A DNA stretch of 64,000 bases. Origin: Carcharhinus longimanus. Lineage: Eukaryota. The stretch spans positions 89,949,275-90,013,274 of the forward strand of contig JASCQW010000132.1 in the NCBI GenBank assembly GCA_030264375.1. Reading direction: 5' to 3'. A program made the position numbers and the translations under genes. Below the pieces are notes generated by a model. That model ran no database searches. It was not told the origin of the DNA and saw only the letters and a list, made by a program, of their open reading frames with translations. Below, one piece after another: positions 50,941 to 63,554 of this stretch; position 1 is the stretch's first letter; each line of letters starts with the position of its first letter.

Positions 50941-51929
50941 CTAATGCTATTTCTCTTGGGTTCCTGCTGAGCCTCCACAAGTTAGAGTGGGAGATTGGAA
51001 GGACCTTGTACAAATTCTGTCCCAATACTTCTGTTTAGTCTTCTCATTGTACAACAAATAACTCTGTCTCTTTCCTCTCAGTATGTAAATGGAAATTTTT
51101 CTGATATATTAATCTGTGAACCTAATGAAACATGTAAATCAGCATAGAAAATTAACTTGGTCAGCTCATTCGATTTGCATATTATTGTGATGAAAATGGG
51201 CAAAGATTGATACAATTTACTGGTAGCCAAGCTGCCACACATAACACAGCATGTGAATGGAATAATTTTAAAATTCAGAATTTGCCAGAACTGATTTTGT
51301 AGTATGAATACTCAGATGCTTGTATGAAGTTAACAATTAAAATAGAGATAGAAATTCCAGATAATAATGACAATAAGTATTTGTACAGTGACAACACCAT
51401 TTCAGTAAAAAAAGTGATATTTGGGCTTGCTATTATAATGCAAAGTTGTCATCGATAATTGTGTTTGCTTTTCTCCTATGAAGGCAATATTATTTGACAT
51501 GCGTGGGCTGTTGCTCAAAAAATAACAAATTGGCTGGATATGGCAAAAGGAGGATAGAAGTGGCTCTCCTGGGAACAACACAGCACTCAGGATAGAGATG
51601 TTACTGTATAAACAGTTATAATACAATTACATCTGGTCACTTGTTCCAGACAAGAACAGGTCACAAATTATTGGGATAATTACCAATGAAGAGAATGCTT
51701 TGACTTAAATCATTCATCTAAAAAGACACTAAATTAACCACATTTTTGCATCCAGGTAGTTTATGTATGATTCTGGGGTTTCTGCCTCTGTATTTCTGTC
51801 TGGAAGTCAATTTTTCACACATTGATCATTCTTCGTCAATCCCAAATTGACCTGTGACTAGTTTGAACCTTTGCCTCCTTTTCCTCCCCTTTAAATCTAA
51901 ACTCATTTTCCAGGTTTCTCTTTTCTGTA

Positions 51930-52800
51930 CCTTGGCCCAGAACATCTGATCTCCAGATGGTCAGACCCCAGAGGTACCCCCCACCAAGATGCAGTGGGGG
52001 GGCCCCCTTGGAAGTCTCAAAGAGAACAGCCTAGGAAGCTTGGACTTCCGATGGGTAATTAATCCTGCATCGGGAACTCTCCAAAACTTTCAGTTAAAGT
52101 CGGACACTTTGAATCGTTTCAACTCACTTACCAGAAGAGTTAGCCAGGAAATTTTAGAAGAATTAAAACCAGTTCTAACTCCTGGATAACTACACCATTG
52201 ACTCCCCACTGGAACCTCTTAACTACAATCCTCTGAATCCTCAAATACCCTTCCCTGTCCACATTTAAGTCCGGAGTCAGCTACTCTTCCTGATCTGCAC
52301 CTTCCCCCCAACAAACCCCCAATCTGACTACCTGCTGATCTCTGATTGCCCCAACTCCCTCCAGTCCAACTACCCCTTACTCCATCCAGCTACCTCACTG
52401 ATCAGGTTAGACCGATCTCCCCTCCCAACTACTCTTCCAATCCTGGCTGAGTAATGCCTGACCTGACTACCACCCTTGACCACCTGATTACTCCCCCATG
52501 CCCTTACCCTACAAGCCCTGCCCCTAACGACTCAAAGGAGCCTTTCACACACTGACTGTGTCCCTGACCTACCCCACACCCACTTGGTCTTACATACCAA
52601 CGTTCTCTCTGTAGCTTCTAAAGTGGCTTTGGGACATTTAAAGTTACCAGAATATTGCAGCTAATGCTGTAATAAGGCGTGGCTTGGTTTTCCCCCAACG
52701 TTTCTGCATTTTGAGGGAGGTCCCGGCACTCCACATTTCTGAACAGCCCATTTCAGAAGTCTGGGTGAGAAATGTGCAACTTTGGTGTTGGGTAAGTAAA
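51930..52800. mobile_element. Old non-autonomous element with a degenerate (ctgactacc)-like internal repeat
   Basis: Recurrent gactacc/actaccc/actcccc units at 52200-52580 and a GC shift relative to the flanks. Confidence 0.4.
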
Positions 52801-53327
52801 TTGGATTGGAGTGATGTGACGATAATTGCCACTCGTCGCAGGTTCTGGCCCCATCCTTTGACTTATGTACGTGTCTAAGATCTGCTCACAGATGCCTGTT
52901 TTGAAGCTGGAATTTTCACATTTCTCCAATCTTGTCACACAACTCAGGCATTTGATATTACTTATGTGTATTCTGGTACTTCTCTACCCTGACCTCCAAA
53001 ACTCAAATATCTCCCATGTTTCTCGGTGACCTTAACTATACCGAGTTAATGTGAATCAGCTCAAGCTGAATTCTTAAAAGTTCACCACTCTTTTATCTAC
53101 CCTTTGAGCCGTCACTTTACTTTTCAGATGCTTCATCACTTGAAAGGTCAGTTCCCTGCTCTTTTGCAGCATCACTGGTAATATCTTGGTACACCACCAT
53201 CTATTAAAGTCTCTCAGGAATCTCCAATCAGACCAATTGATCTTGAGCCAGCCAGAACATTATGTTATCTGGCTCATGTCTTTTCACCTCTAGGTCCTGG
53301 ACTCAGATGAATACCAAGACTGAATAG

Positions 53328-53673
53328 AGTAGAATCCCTCCAGTGCAGAAGGAAACTATTCAGCCCCTCGAGTCTGCACTGACTCTCCGACAAAGCATTT
53401 TGCCCAAGCCCACTGCCCTGCCCCATTCCCTTAACCACGCACATCCACCCCACTAATGCCCTTAACCTAAAACCTTGGGACACTAAGGGACAATTTAGCA
53501 TGGCCTATTCAACTTACCTGCGCATCTTTGGACTGAGGGAGGAAACCAGAATACCCGGAGGAAACCTACAGAGACACGGGGAGAACGTGCAAACTCCACA
53601 CAGTCACCTGAGGTTGGAATTGAACCTGTGCTGTGAGGCAACACTGCTAATCACTGTGCCAGCATGCTACACC
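53328..53673 (-). mobile_element. HE1/V-SINE
   Basis: gtagaatccctccagtgcagaagg tail ... gagaacgtgcaaactccacac ... gctaatcactgtgcc. Confidence 0.9.
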
Positions 53674-53829
53674 ATTTGATTGAATGAATGAATGAATGAG
53701 TGTTTCCTTTCTCATGCTTCTTTACGAAGTGAACTGTGACAATCTCAATGTAGTTTCTTGATTCAGGAAGGAACATAAAACTGCTTTATTACACTCAAAT
53801 ACTAGGGAACAGGTACTTTCAGATCTAAT

Positions 53830-56410
53830 ACTATGCTATGGGACAAGGTTAATTAAAATCTTGTAGCAAAGAAGCTCCTCGAGAAAGAGTGATTATAATG
53901 TGATAGAATATTTTACTGCGTTTGAGAGTGATTTAGTTCAGTCCAAATCTGCAGTCTGACCAAACGACACAGGAATGAGATAGAGGTTGGTTAAAATAGA
54001 TTGGGAAATTGGATTAAAATATGTACGATGGTAGATAAGCTGTGAAAAATACCTAAAAGACATAATTCCTAATCTGTAACAAATATACATTCCCTTTAGG
54101 AATAAAAATATTACAGGAAATGTGATCCAATTGTGTTTGACGAGAAGCTAAAGGTAGTATTAGATTAAAAGAAAAGCTAATAAATGTTGTTGAAAAAGGA
54201 AACCTAAAAACTGGAATGATTTTAGAATTCAGCAAAGGACGGCAAATAAGCTGATAGAAGATAGAATATGAGAGGAATTGGCAAGAGACAAGAAAACAGA
54301 TTGTAAGAGTTTTTTCTAGGTAGGTAAAAAAAGAAGAGATTAGTGATAGGAAAACATGGTTCCCTAACAGGCAGGAGAAATGATAAAAGAGAATAGGGAA
54401 ATTGTAAGACACTAAACAAATACTTTGGCCCTTGTTTTCAGGAATTGGGCTGAGTCAGGAAGCCTTCCTGGGCAAGGTCTGATTTTGGCATTCCATACCC
54501 CATTCTCATTTGCAAAACGTTTCACTGGCATTGTAAAGGGTTCAGGTGGCCAGCCCAAATGAACAGTCCCCCACACCCCACCCTTTGCTGACTCCATTTT
54601 GGTGGATATTTCAACCCACAGTTTTGATNNNNNNNNNNTTGATTAAAGATGTACTTCACAGACTCTCTGAGGGATCATGAACCACAGGGGAGCTTTTGCC
54701 CCAAGTCAGGAACCACAAGGAAAAAAAAACAACCATTCAATTTTCCCTTTGAAATATATTGTCCCTATTACTCTCTCAGAACGTTGCCAATCAATCACAG
54801 CCATTCATAGTATCAATGGCAGAAGCTTTTATCTATTTTGCACCTCTTAATCTGTATAAACCATGTCAAAGAAAGATCAGGTTATTATAAGGTAATAAAG
54901 ATGTCAATCAAACAAACTTGCCTTCTCAGCCTTATCAGCATTGCCTGTTGAGAGTCAATTGAATTAGTCATTCTTGGAGCTCAACCAAGCATTCGGAATG
55001 AGACCATCTGAAAAAAAAATGTCTGATCATCTGTTCTAACAGCTTCTGTTGCATTTGTCTCTCTGGCGTGATTAAATAGTGGGCAGGAGCCTCTTTTACA
55101 GAAATGGAGTGTGGAGTTTAGAACTTTCCCAAGTCACATTCTCATCCCCTTCAATAAAATTTGCCCTTTGTATCTGTCCTCAAGGTTAGAAGACACAAAA
55201 AAAGTCTGGAAATAGAGAACTAAGAGTCTAAAGAGAATGAGAAACTTATTAGTATTAATAAATAAATAATAGTTCTTATTAGTTAGTCATAGTCCACAGA
55301 TGACCATAGGCATCTTGTTCCATTTGAAGAGACAATTGGTTATACATAGCTTAAGGCCCACCAACCTGCAAGCATGGAGCAAAGCAAGGAGACAGGACTC
55401 CATGAACTACAACAGTAATGGAAAAATTAATGTGATTAAAAGTCAACAAATCCCCCCAACATGATGGCCTACACCCAAAGGATTTAAAAGAGGTGGTTGT
55501 ATGGATAGTGAATGCATTGATTTTGATCTTCCAGAATTCCTCAAATTCTTAAATGATCCTCATGGAAAACAGATAGTAGGAATGAACAGGTCATTTTCAG
55601 GTTAGTGGACTGTAACCAGCAGAGTTTACAAGGAAAAGTGCTTGGGCCTCAGCTGTTTAGAACCTCTACCAATAAAGGGTATTTAGCTGAGGGACTGAAT
55701 GTAATATATTCAAGTTTGCTGAATTTACAAAGCTAGGTAGGGATGTAAATGAGAAGGATGCAAGAAAGTTGTGGAGGGACATAGACCGGTTAGATGAGCA
55801 GGTGGGAATGATGAAGGAGCCATCTAATGTGAAGAACTGTTGGTCTTACAAATAGAAAAACAGAATATTTTTAAATGGTGAGAGACTGGAAAATGTTGGC
55901 ATTTAGAGGGATCTGGTTGTCCTTGTATATGAATTGCAAGAAGCACAGCTAACAATTAGGTGTGTGAGCTTTTATTATAAATGGGATTGATAAGGGTAAG
56001 GAAATCTTACTGCAGTTATACTAAGCATAGATGAGAATCATATCCACAGTATTGTGTACAGCTTTGGTCTTCTTAACGAAGAATATATTTGCAACAAATG
56101 TTCACTGGATGGATTCCTTGGATAGGCGGGTTATCCTATGAAGAGGGATTGAGTCAACCAGGCCTATTCCCTGGAGGAGATGTGAACTTTTGAAACACAC
56201 AAGATTCTTAAGGGACTTGACAGGGTAGATGCTGAGAAAATATTTCCATTCCGGAAGAACTTCGAACCTACGGGTCATTGCTTTGTGAACCTGGAATTCT
56301 CTACAGCAGAGAAGTGTAAATGCTCAGTCATTGAGTATGTTTAAGATAAAAGCAAAGGGGATAAATAAGGGGTAGGATGGAAGCTGAATGAGGTGGAGAT
56401 CAGCTATGAT
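53830..56410 (+). mobile_element. Scattered degenerate CR1 fragments (53830-54440 and 55420-56410)
   Basis: gattaaaagtcaacaaatcccc, gtgcttgggcctcagctgttt, caagtttgctga and gattcttaagggacttgacagggtagatgctgag are CR1 ORF2 landmarks. Confidence 0.7.
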
Positions 56411-56658
56411 TTTACTTTTTACTTGACAATTCTACAGTAAATGAAATCACAAGCATTAGCTTTTTAACATGTCACTGATTCCAATTTATAAACACATTTC
56501 TCAGGTTCTACCAATTTAAGAGCTCTATTCTTTTGAACTGCAACAAGAGGACTATACAACCCTCTGTGTTAAGTGACTGAACATTTGCACGCTAGAGTCT
56601 TTGATCCACTTATTTTATTCTTAATTTACTTGGCTAATTAGGTTTATTTTCCACACAG

Positions 56659-56709
56659 GTCCAGAGTACATCATGGATGCCTCATCAACCATATGTTATG
56701 CAACCAGCA
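56659..56709 (+). CDS. rbms3: RBMS3 internal coding exon (51 bp, symmetric phase 0-0)
   Basis: Acceptor ttttccacacag, donor GCA|gtaagt. Translates VQSTSWMPHQPYVMQPA, matching RBMS3 VQSTSWMPHxPYVMQP. Confidence 0.94.
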
Positions 56710-56927
56710 GTAAGTTATTCCAAACCTTCCTGTAACTTTAATATGTTCTTTGAATTGCAGCAAGATGTCTTCAGCTTGTGTAAGAAGCAGATTGCCACAT
56801 ATTACTCAACAGGGGCTTGTATCATGTATTCAATAACATTCATGCCATAGATTTATGTGTAATTATCTATAGCATAACTGTATTTTCTGTCTTTCCTCAC
56901 CATCCACCCCCCAATTTTATAGTCATA

Positions 56928-57054
56928 GGGCGCGATTTTATGGCCTTGCTCGAACAAGACCAGAAATTCCCGCCTGTAGTCAACAGTCCTGTCATTTCAA
57001 CGGTCCAGTCCTCGCCTGCTCTGATTCCTTAGCGGGCCAGATAGAATTCCGGCG
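56928..57054. mobile_element. Harbinger-like MITE (family A) in a CR1 tail
   Basis: TIRs gggcgcgatttta / tagaattccggcg and TSD ATA. Removing it restores the CR1 tail repeat atagtcatagagtcatacag. Confidence 0.8.
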
Positions 57055-57375
57055 ATAGAGTCATACAGAAGAGGGCCTTCTGCGCATCAAGTTTGCACTA
57101 ACAAAATTAAACTAAATCTACATTAATCCCACTCTCTAACACTTGGCTCAGAGCATTGATGTTATGAGATTTTCAAGTGCTCATCCGCGTACCTGTTAAA
57201 GGTTGTGAGGTTTCCCACCTCAATTAGCCTTCCAGACAGCGCATTCCAGACTCCCACCACCTTCTGGGTGAAAAAAATGTCTCCTCAAATCCTCTCTAAA
57301 CCTCCTGCCCCTCACCTTAAAATGATGTCCCCTCGTTATTTACTCTTCAACTAAGGGCAGCAGCTGCCTCCTATC
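57055..57375 (-). mobile_element. CR1 3' end
   Basis: gcattccagactcccaccaccttctgggtgaaaaaa...ctcctcaaatcc. Confidence 0.7.
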
Positions 57376-58789
57376 CATATGTTCTGTGTGAATACAAAAT
57401 ATTATCAAATGGGGTGAATCTTAAGGTCCCTCTCACCGTATTTCATATTTGAAATGGAGGGGGCAGAGTACACAAAATATAATGGCTTACCAGCAAACTG
57501 CCTTGACAGCAAGCTGCCTTGCCACTAGCAGCACCCCCACCACCTCCCACCTCCCCCACCCCCCAACCCCCACCAACCTGTTTCCATATTACGGGTTCAA
57601 TGTCAGGCCTTTGGTTATTGAGGCTATTAAATGGCCAGTTAACAGTTGCAGGTATGAAGGTTAAGAATTTTATTGTTTATAAGTCAAATTATTGAGGAGA
57701 ATTAGGTGGTATTCCTCAGTTCTGTATATTTATTTTTATTTGCTGTCTACTACTGGCTGAAGGTTATGAAAACCTTGTTTGGTGATAGCAAAAGGATGGA
57801 TTGCAAAATGTTTAATGAGTATTCTGAAGCAAAGGGTAATAGACATTTAATAGCACTTAAAAGCCACCAAAATTAAGTGGCTGCTACAAAGAAGAGCCAC
57901 AAATAAATGAATATTTTTAACAGCCAGAACTGGTAATATAGTTTGGCAGTAGAATTTAATTAAAGCAGAAATTCTGTCCTGAATGAGGGTACTGCAATTC
58001 ACTGCTCCACACACACTGTGCTAATTGTTTCTTTTCCAATTAGAGTTTGAAATGTTAAATGATTGAATTCAACAGAGCTGTTGAATAAATGTGACCAAAT
58101 GCTCTGTCTGCTCTTGCAGGCAGCAGTACCCTTTTGTATTACTGGCTCCATCCATACTGGAAGAATGATAATCATGGTGGTAGAGGTTCCAAAAGCACAG
58201 CAGTGTTTTTTGGTTCTGTAGCCAAATTCTATTTCTGCCCAGTGGAGTAAGCTGGCCAGTTTTGGAACACAGGCAGGCTCATCAAAAAATCTCTTCCATT
58301 TTTAGCATTTCTTCGTAGACAATGGGTAGGGACAAAGAAGGGTGCGATCCATGGCTTTCTCTGAAAATGGACGCAGAGTGGACAAAGCGGCACTATCAGC
58401 CACCTGTCTGTCCTTCCTGGGATAAAACCCAAGACCTTTGGAGGCCCGGCCTTGGTTCAATGCCTCTGATTAGTTCCAGGTACCTTCCTGCAGCATGCCA
58501 GTTAGAGGAAATTGGACAATGATTAGAGCCCTGAGGGGAAAGTGGGGAGAGCGGAGATGCTGGGGTAAAAGCTCAGTAATCGTGCAGGATTCTTTTTGTG
58601 GCCCTACAGTATAAAAAAAAGTAAACATTTCTTGGTTAGGTCATTGAGCATCTCGGATAAATGGACACAGAATTATAGGTGCACACTCCACCTGTTTGTA
58701 CTTGAAAATTGCAATTGATTCCTACAATTGGCATGGTATCCTGAACAACATATTTAAGCCGCCTGTCATCTGCTTCATGTGATGGGCCT

Positions 58790-59010
58790 CTTGCCCTTCC
58801 TTTCCCAGGTTCAAGAATTTCCTCACTAAACCTCTCTGCCTCTCTATGTCTCTATTTTTTTTTAAATGTTTCTTCAGATCTACTATTTTTCAAGCTTTTG
58901 CTCAATATTTCTCATATCTCCAAATGTTGCTCAGTGATAAACTGTGTTCGTTAATGCCCCTGTGAACACTTTGGGATGTTTTGCTGCGATACAAGCACTA
59001 TTGAAGACTT
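58790..59010 (+). mobile_element. L2 LINE 3' end
   Basis: taaacctctctgcctctct...cctgtgaacactttgggatgtttt. Confidence 0.55.
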
Positions 59011-60359
59011 AGCTGTCTTTGTTATTGAAAGTCTTTGCAATATTATGCAAGAAGAAAAATTACAGTTCTGCAGGAAGGAATCAATGTTTTGAAAAATCAG
59101 AATCATTTTCATATTCTGTGTATGTTCATACCCAATTTGTGGTGCAGTTTATTCAGAACCCAGTCTGATAACGCTGTTTTGTAACCGACTTTGAACCTCT
59201 TTCATTTCCATGCCTTTATCCTTCACTCTCGCTCAGTCAGTCAGCCAGTCTGCAGTCTATCAATGTGCGATTGTAAGGATTGCAACTATCGAGGATTTAT
59301 TTTTCAGTTGCACTGAACTGAGCCAATAAAACGATTCTTGGTGAAAATAACCTCTAGTTTGATATATTAAAATATGCTAAATGGAGGTTGTCTATCAAAA
59401 ACAGAATCCTGTCAGTGTAAAGAGTCTAAGGCCAGACAATTAGAACTATCAGAGATAATTAAAATTACAAAACCCGTGCTTCATCAATGTGTTTGTCATT
59501 CTCAGCTGCCCTTACCTAAGCAAGACTAGCTCTGTTACTCTGGAAATAAATTCTTAAGCAGCTAGACCATGCTATCCTGTACTTATTACAACAGTACCCC
59601 CTACTTATTTGCCTAAATTATGATTATTAAGGCTGCTGAGAGAATGGTACTGCTAGAAAAAGCAGAAAAGATTACTGGATCTAGCCTTCCTCTAAAAGGC
59701 TAGAATGAGAAAGCATTTATGGTACAGGGGCTTCTTAGGTTTGTACCGATGACAGTTTACATTATCAGTGGGTTCCTGAAGCTCATTATGTTTGCTGATG
59801 AAAAGTTAATGAAAGGCGATACTTAAGTCTATGCTCTTGGTGATTAAAAATAGCAATCCTGCAACTTGGCTGATTTTGAGAGAGAGTTCTTCTCTGATGA
59901 AGGATTACGGTATTTTAAAATGTTGTTACCTGATTTACATGAGGGAATTTATAACAACTTCACCGTTCTCCCCTTGCCTCCAGGATACGGGTTCTGGTGC
60001 CATGGGAACTGGCAGCATCCACTAATTAGCCATTTTTAATGTGGAAGACCAGATAGTGAGGAAGGAGTCCAGTTATGGAGGGCATAATGTCCAAACATAC
60101 TCTGTACCCAGACCCTTACACAGCACTTTCCGGCAGAGAGGCTAGGTTGTGAATAGGAGCTTAAAGCCAGATTGATTTTTGTTTTGTCTCCCAGCTCAGA
60201 GCACTGAAGCTAATTTTAGTACCTCTACTGCTGCCCCAGCTGAGATCCATTATGTGGAATTGTCTTTTGTAATTCAGAAAGGAGTTTGAATACTATAGTT
60301 ATTGGTAAAGAGCTGCAATATTGCAGAATATGTCTCACTAAGATAAGGAAGTGTGAAAG

Positions 60360-60595
60360 CACATACCAACAGACTCAAGAACAGCTTTTTCCCTGCTGTC
60401 ATCAAACTTTTGAATGGTCCTATCATATATTAAGCTGATCTTTCTCTTCACCCTACATATTAATTGTAAACTACATTCTGCACCCTATCCTTTCCTTTTC
60501 CCTTATGTACTTCATGAATGCTATGTTTTGCATAGCAAGAAACAATGCTTTTCACTGTATCCCAGTACAAGTGACAATAAATCAAGTCAAATCAA
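60360..60595 (+). mobile_element. Rex1/Babar-like LINE 3' end
   Basis: TNRLKNSFFPAVIKLLN and tail gtgacaataaatcaagtcaaatcaa. Confidence 0.8.
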
Positions 60596-61139
60596 TACAT
60601 TGAAGTTGAACAGGACTGTAAAATACAGAGAACATTCATGGTGTTAAGTTCAATTCAAGTACTTAAAGAGACTGTCTCTTTGTAAAACATACTTTTCAAT
60701 TTTTTTTGGCAACAGTGTTTAGAGGCAGGGTGAGAGAGAACTAAAATCCTGATTCCCTTTCCACTGTTCACAATCAGTAATCTTTTGAGAGAAAGATATG
60801 TGTGTGTTTTTAACCCCTGCATTTGTGGACAGTTTGAATCTAGCAGCAAGCTTTTTGTGGGTTTACAGAAAGGAAGATGATTATTTATTTAAACATTCAA
60901 ACTGAAAACGATCACTATTGCACTTATTCACTTAAGTACACATGCACAAACACTCAAAGAAAGTACAGTTGAAGATATCAGTGCAGTTTTACAAGTTATA
61001 AGCATTAACTGTAAACAAAAGTCACATGATGGTCAAAATCTGGAAAACATGCATTGCAAGCCTACAAAAAGACATCTTCATTTCCTAAAGTACAATTTGA
61101 TGAATTGAACAGCCAAAGTCATTTTGAGGATTTCCTTTC

Positions 61140-61335
61140 GATTTGATTTGAATTGATTTATTATTGTCACACGTATTGGTATATAGTAAGAAGTATTGTT
61201 TATTGCACTATACAGACAAATAATACCCTACATAGAGAAGGAAAGGAGAGGGTACAGAATGTAGTGTTACAGTCATAGCTCGGGATTTGAGAAAAATCAA
61301 CTTATTATAAGGTGGGTCCATTCAGAAATCTGATG
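61140..61335 (-). mobile_element. Rex1/Babar-like LINE 3' end
   Basis: atttgatttgaattgatttattattgtcacac...gagaaggaaaggagagggtacagaatgtagtgttacagtcatagct. Confidence 0.75.
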
Positions 61336-62669
61336 GAGTAGAGCTTTGAAAGCATAAAACAAGAGTAAAAGATTGAATTAATGTCTGTGCTGGGCACAGC
61401 TTGCAAGAAGTTGCTACACTCCATCGCCATCAAATGGTTGAACTTGCTGCAAGTTTGCTGTATTGTTGGGCCTGGAAATGAACAGGCATGCATCCCACAT
61501 GGTGTTATTTTTAACTTGCAGGTGTTACTGCCACTTCTGCTGCTGGATCTTTCTACAGGTAGCACTTGAAGATTACAAAGGGGCAAACATGGCTGCCTCA
61601 CAATGACAGTTCCTTTTCCAAATATGACAGCAGTCTTTAGTTGATTAGCCACATCCTGGTTTATTGTTTTAAGACCTTCATCCTTCTTTACCCAGATTTT
61701 CACTCCCACATCAGGTGTGCTGCAATGGGAGAATTCCAGGCTCCACAAATTCAAAGTTTAAAAATGGTTGCCCAATGTCAGATTTTCAGTCCAGGGGGTA
61801 GGCTGGATTAAAAGTTAGGGTGGGTAATCCGGAAGAACTGAGGCGGCTGCTGGGTGCAGAAGCAGGCTGGGTGGAAGGCCAGCCTCAGAGGACTGGCACT
61901 ATTCCAAAGTTTTAAAATGAATATTTAAAGATGAAACAACTCACCAACCCTCAGAACTCACCCCCTTCATTCCCGACATGCATTCCCCATGCCCCACCAT
62001 GACAACGCATGTTGCCTCATGCCCCAGCCCCCCTCTTATGGCCCATCATGATCTTCATGCCACGGTGTTCCCACCATCCACTTCTGTGACCCTCCTCTTG
62101 TCTACCACTCATGCCTTGCTGTGATCCCCAAACAACCCCATGGGTCCTCATTGCCTCTCCATTCCCTATGTCCTTTATATCCCCATGCCCATTCATGCCT
62201 TCCCACCCATCACCCTTTGCCCTTGCACCTACAATGGCAACTCACCCAATTGCCACCATGGGGGAAGACTTCAGGATGCATGCAAAGATGAGATAAAATT
62301 AAGTTCTGTAAAATAATGTTCGAAGTATCCACTATGGACTTAATTTTATTGAAAAGAACTCTCATTCATAAAAACTCCTTTACTACATTTAAATTCCTTC
62401 AAGTACATAAAGCCTTGTGACGACAAATGTTTAATTCAAATCTGCAGTCCCTTATAGCAACAAGCATTGGAAGCAATAGACCAATATCAGTCTATAATTA
62501 TTTCTAGCTGCCAAGTAAATTGTGAAATGGCAGACATCCTACTGTGATAATAGGTGGTTGTGAAATCAGTCTTTCAGCACTTAGGTGAATATCAACAGAA
62601 GTGAAATTGCAAACAATCTATTTTTCTAACACTCCGGACATTATTTAAAAAGTTATAGGGCAGGACTTT

Positions 62670-62865
62670 TTTCTTGACAGCTTGACTGCTCCCTTTGACA
62701 GATGCTTTTGGCAAGTCCTTTTGACACTTCTGACAACTGCCTTTGGTAAATCCTCTTGACAGTTCCGACAGCTTTCTTTGACAGGTCCCCTTGACAGATG
62801 CTTCTGACAGTTTTGAAAGTTGATTTTGACAGGTCTGTTGACAGTTCCAATGAGCCTGACAGTAA
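62670..62865 (+). repeat. Degenerate 12-13-bp tandem repeat with a TGACAG core
   Basis: Nine perfect TGACAG plus several single-mismatch copies, all on one strand. Confidence 0.8.
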
Positions 62866-63554
62866 CAAGTTTATACACTTCTTATACAAATTTATGCTTT
62901 ACAAAAAATTCCAAAGGGCATTAGACCTACCCCAGAGTGCACCTTACCTCAACCAAAGGTGTGAGTGAACTAGGTCTAAAGGGATACTTTAGGTCTCCAA
63001 ACAAATCCACATATTTCAAACCTCCTTACTCGGTCTAACCTGCATACTTTGAGTTTCATGTTCCTAAACTACCAAAATCCGACTTTAATGCAGGTAACAG
63101 GTAATTTAAATGGTAAGCTGTCGCCATAAACAGTGCACTGGCAAAATATGTCCCCATTCCTGTCTCCAGGAAAATTGAAAGTGCTCCATTCAGAGGTGGG
63201 ACTTGCAAAGCTCACTCAGTCCCTCTAGTTTCACCATGGCTCTCCATCATGGGCAAATTTGTGGGCCTCTGTTTCAAAAAATGTTCAGTTCAGGAATGTA
63301 TTCTGATGATATAAGGATATGTATAGTTAGCACGTTTCATCAGTGATGTGCCCTTTTTTCTCTGGTAGACAGTGAAGAATTCTAGAAAACATGGGGCTAT
63401 TCATCTGACCTTTGCTGGCCATCTTTGCAGCATACTGTCCACCATTGAAGGAGATGTCAATTTCAAAGGGTTCGTTTTAATGAAGTTCAGATCTTAAAAG
63501 TGAACAATATGACATGTCATTACTGCTGACAACCTCTTCTACATCACAGTGATA

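Noticed and set aside
62670-62865. CRISPR-like array or repeat-protein ORFs (62645-62889)
   Set aside because: Units are only about 13 bp with no unique long spacers, the context is eukaryotic, and the ORFs are by-products of the repeat.
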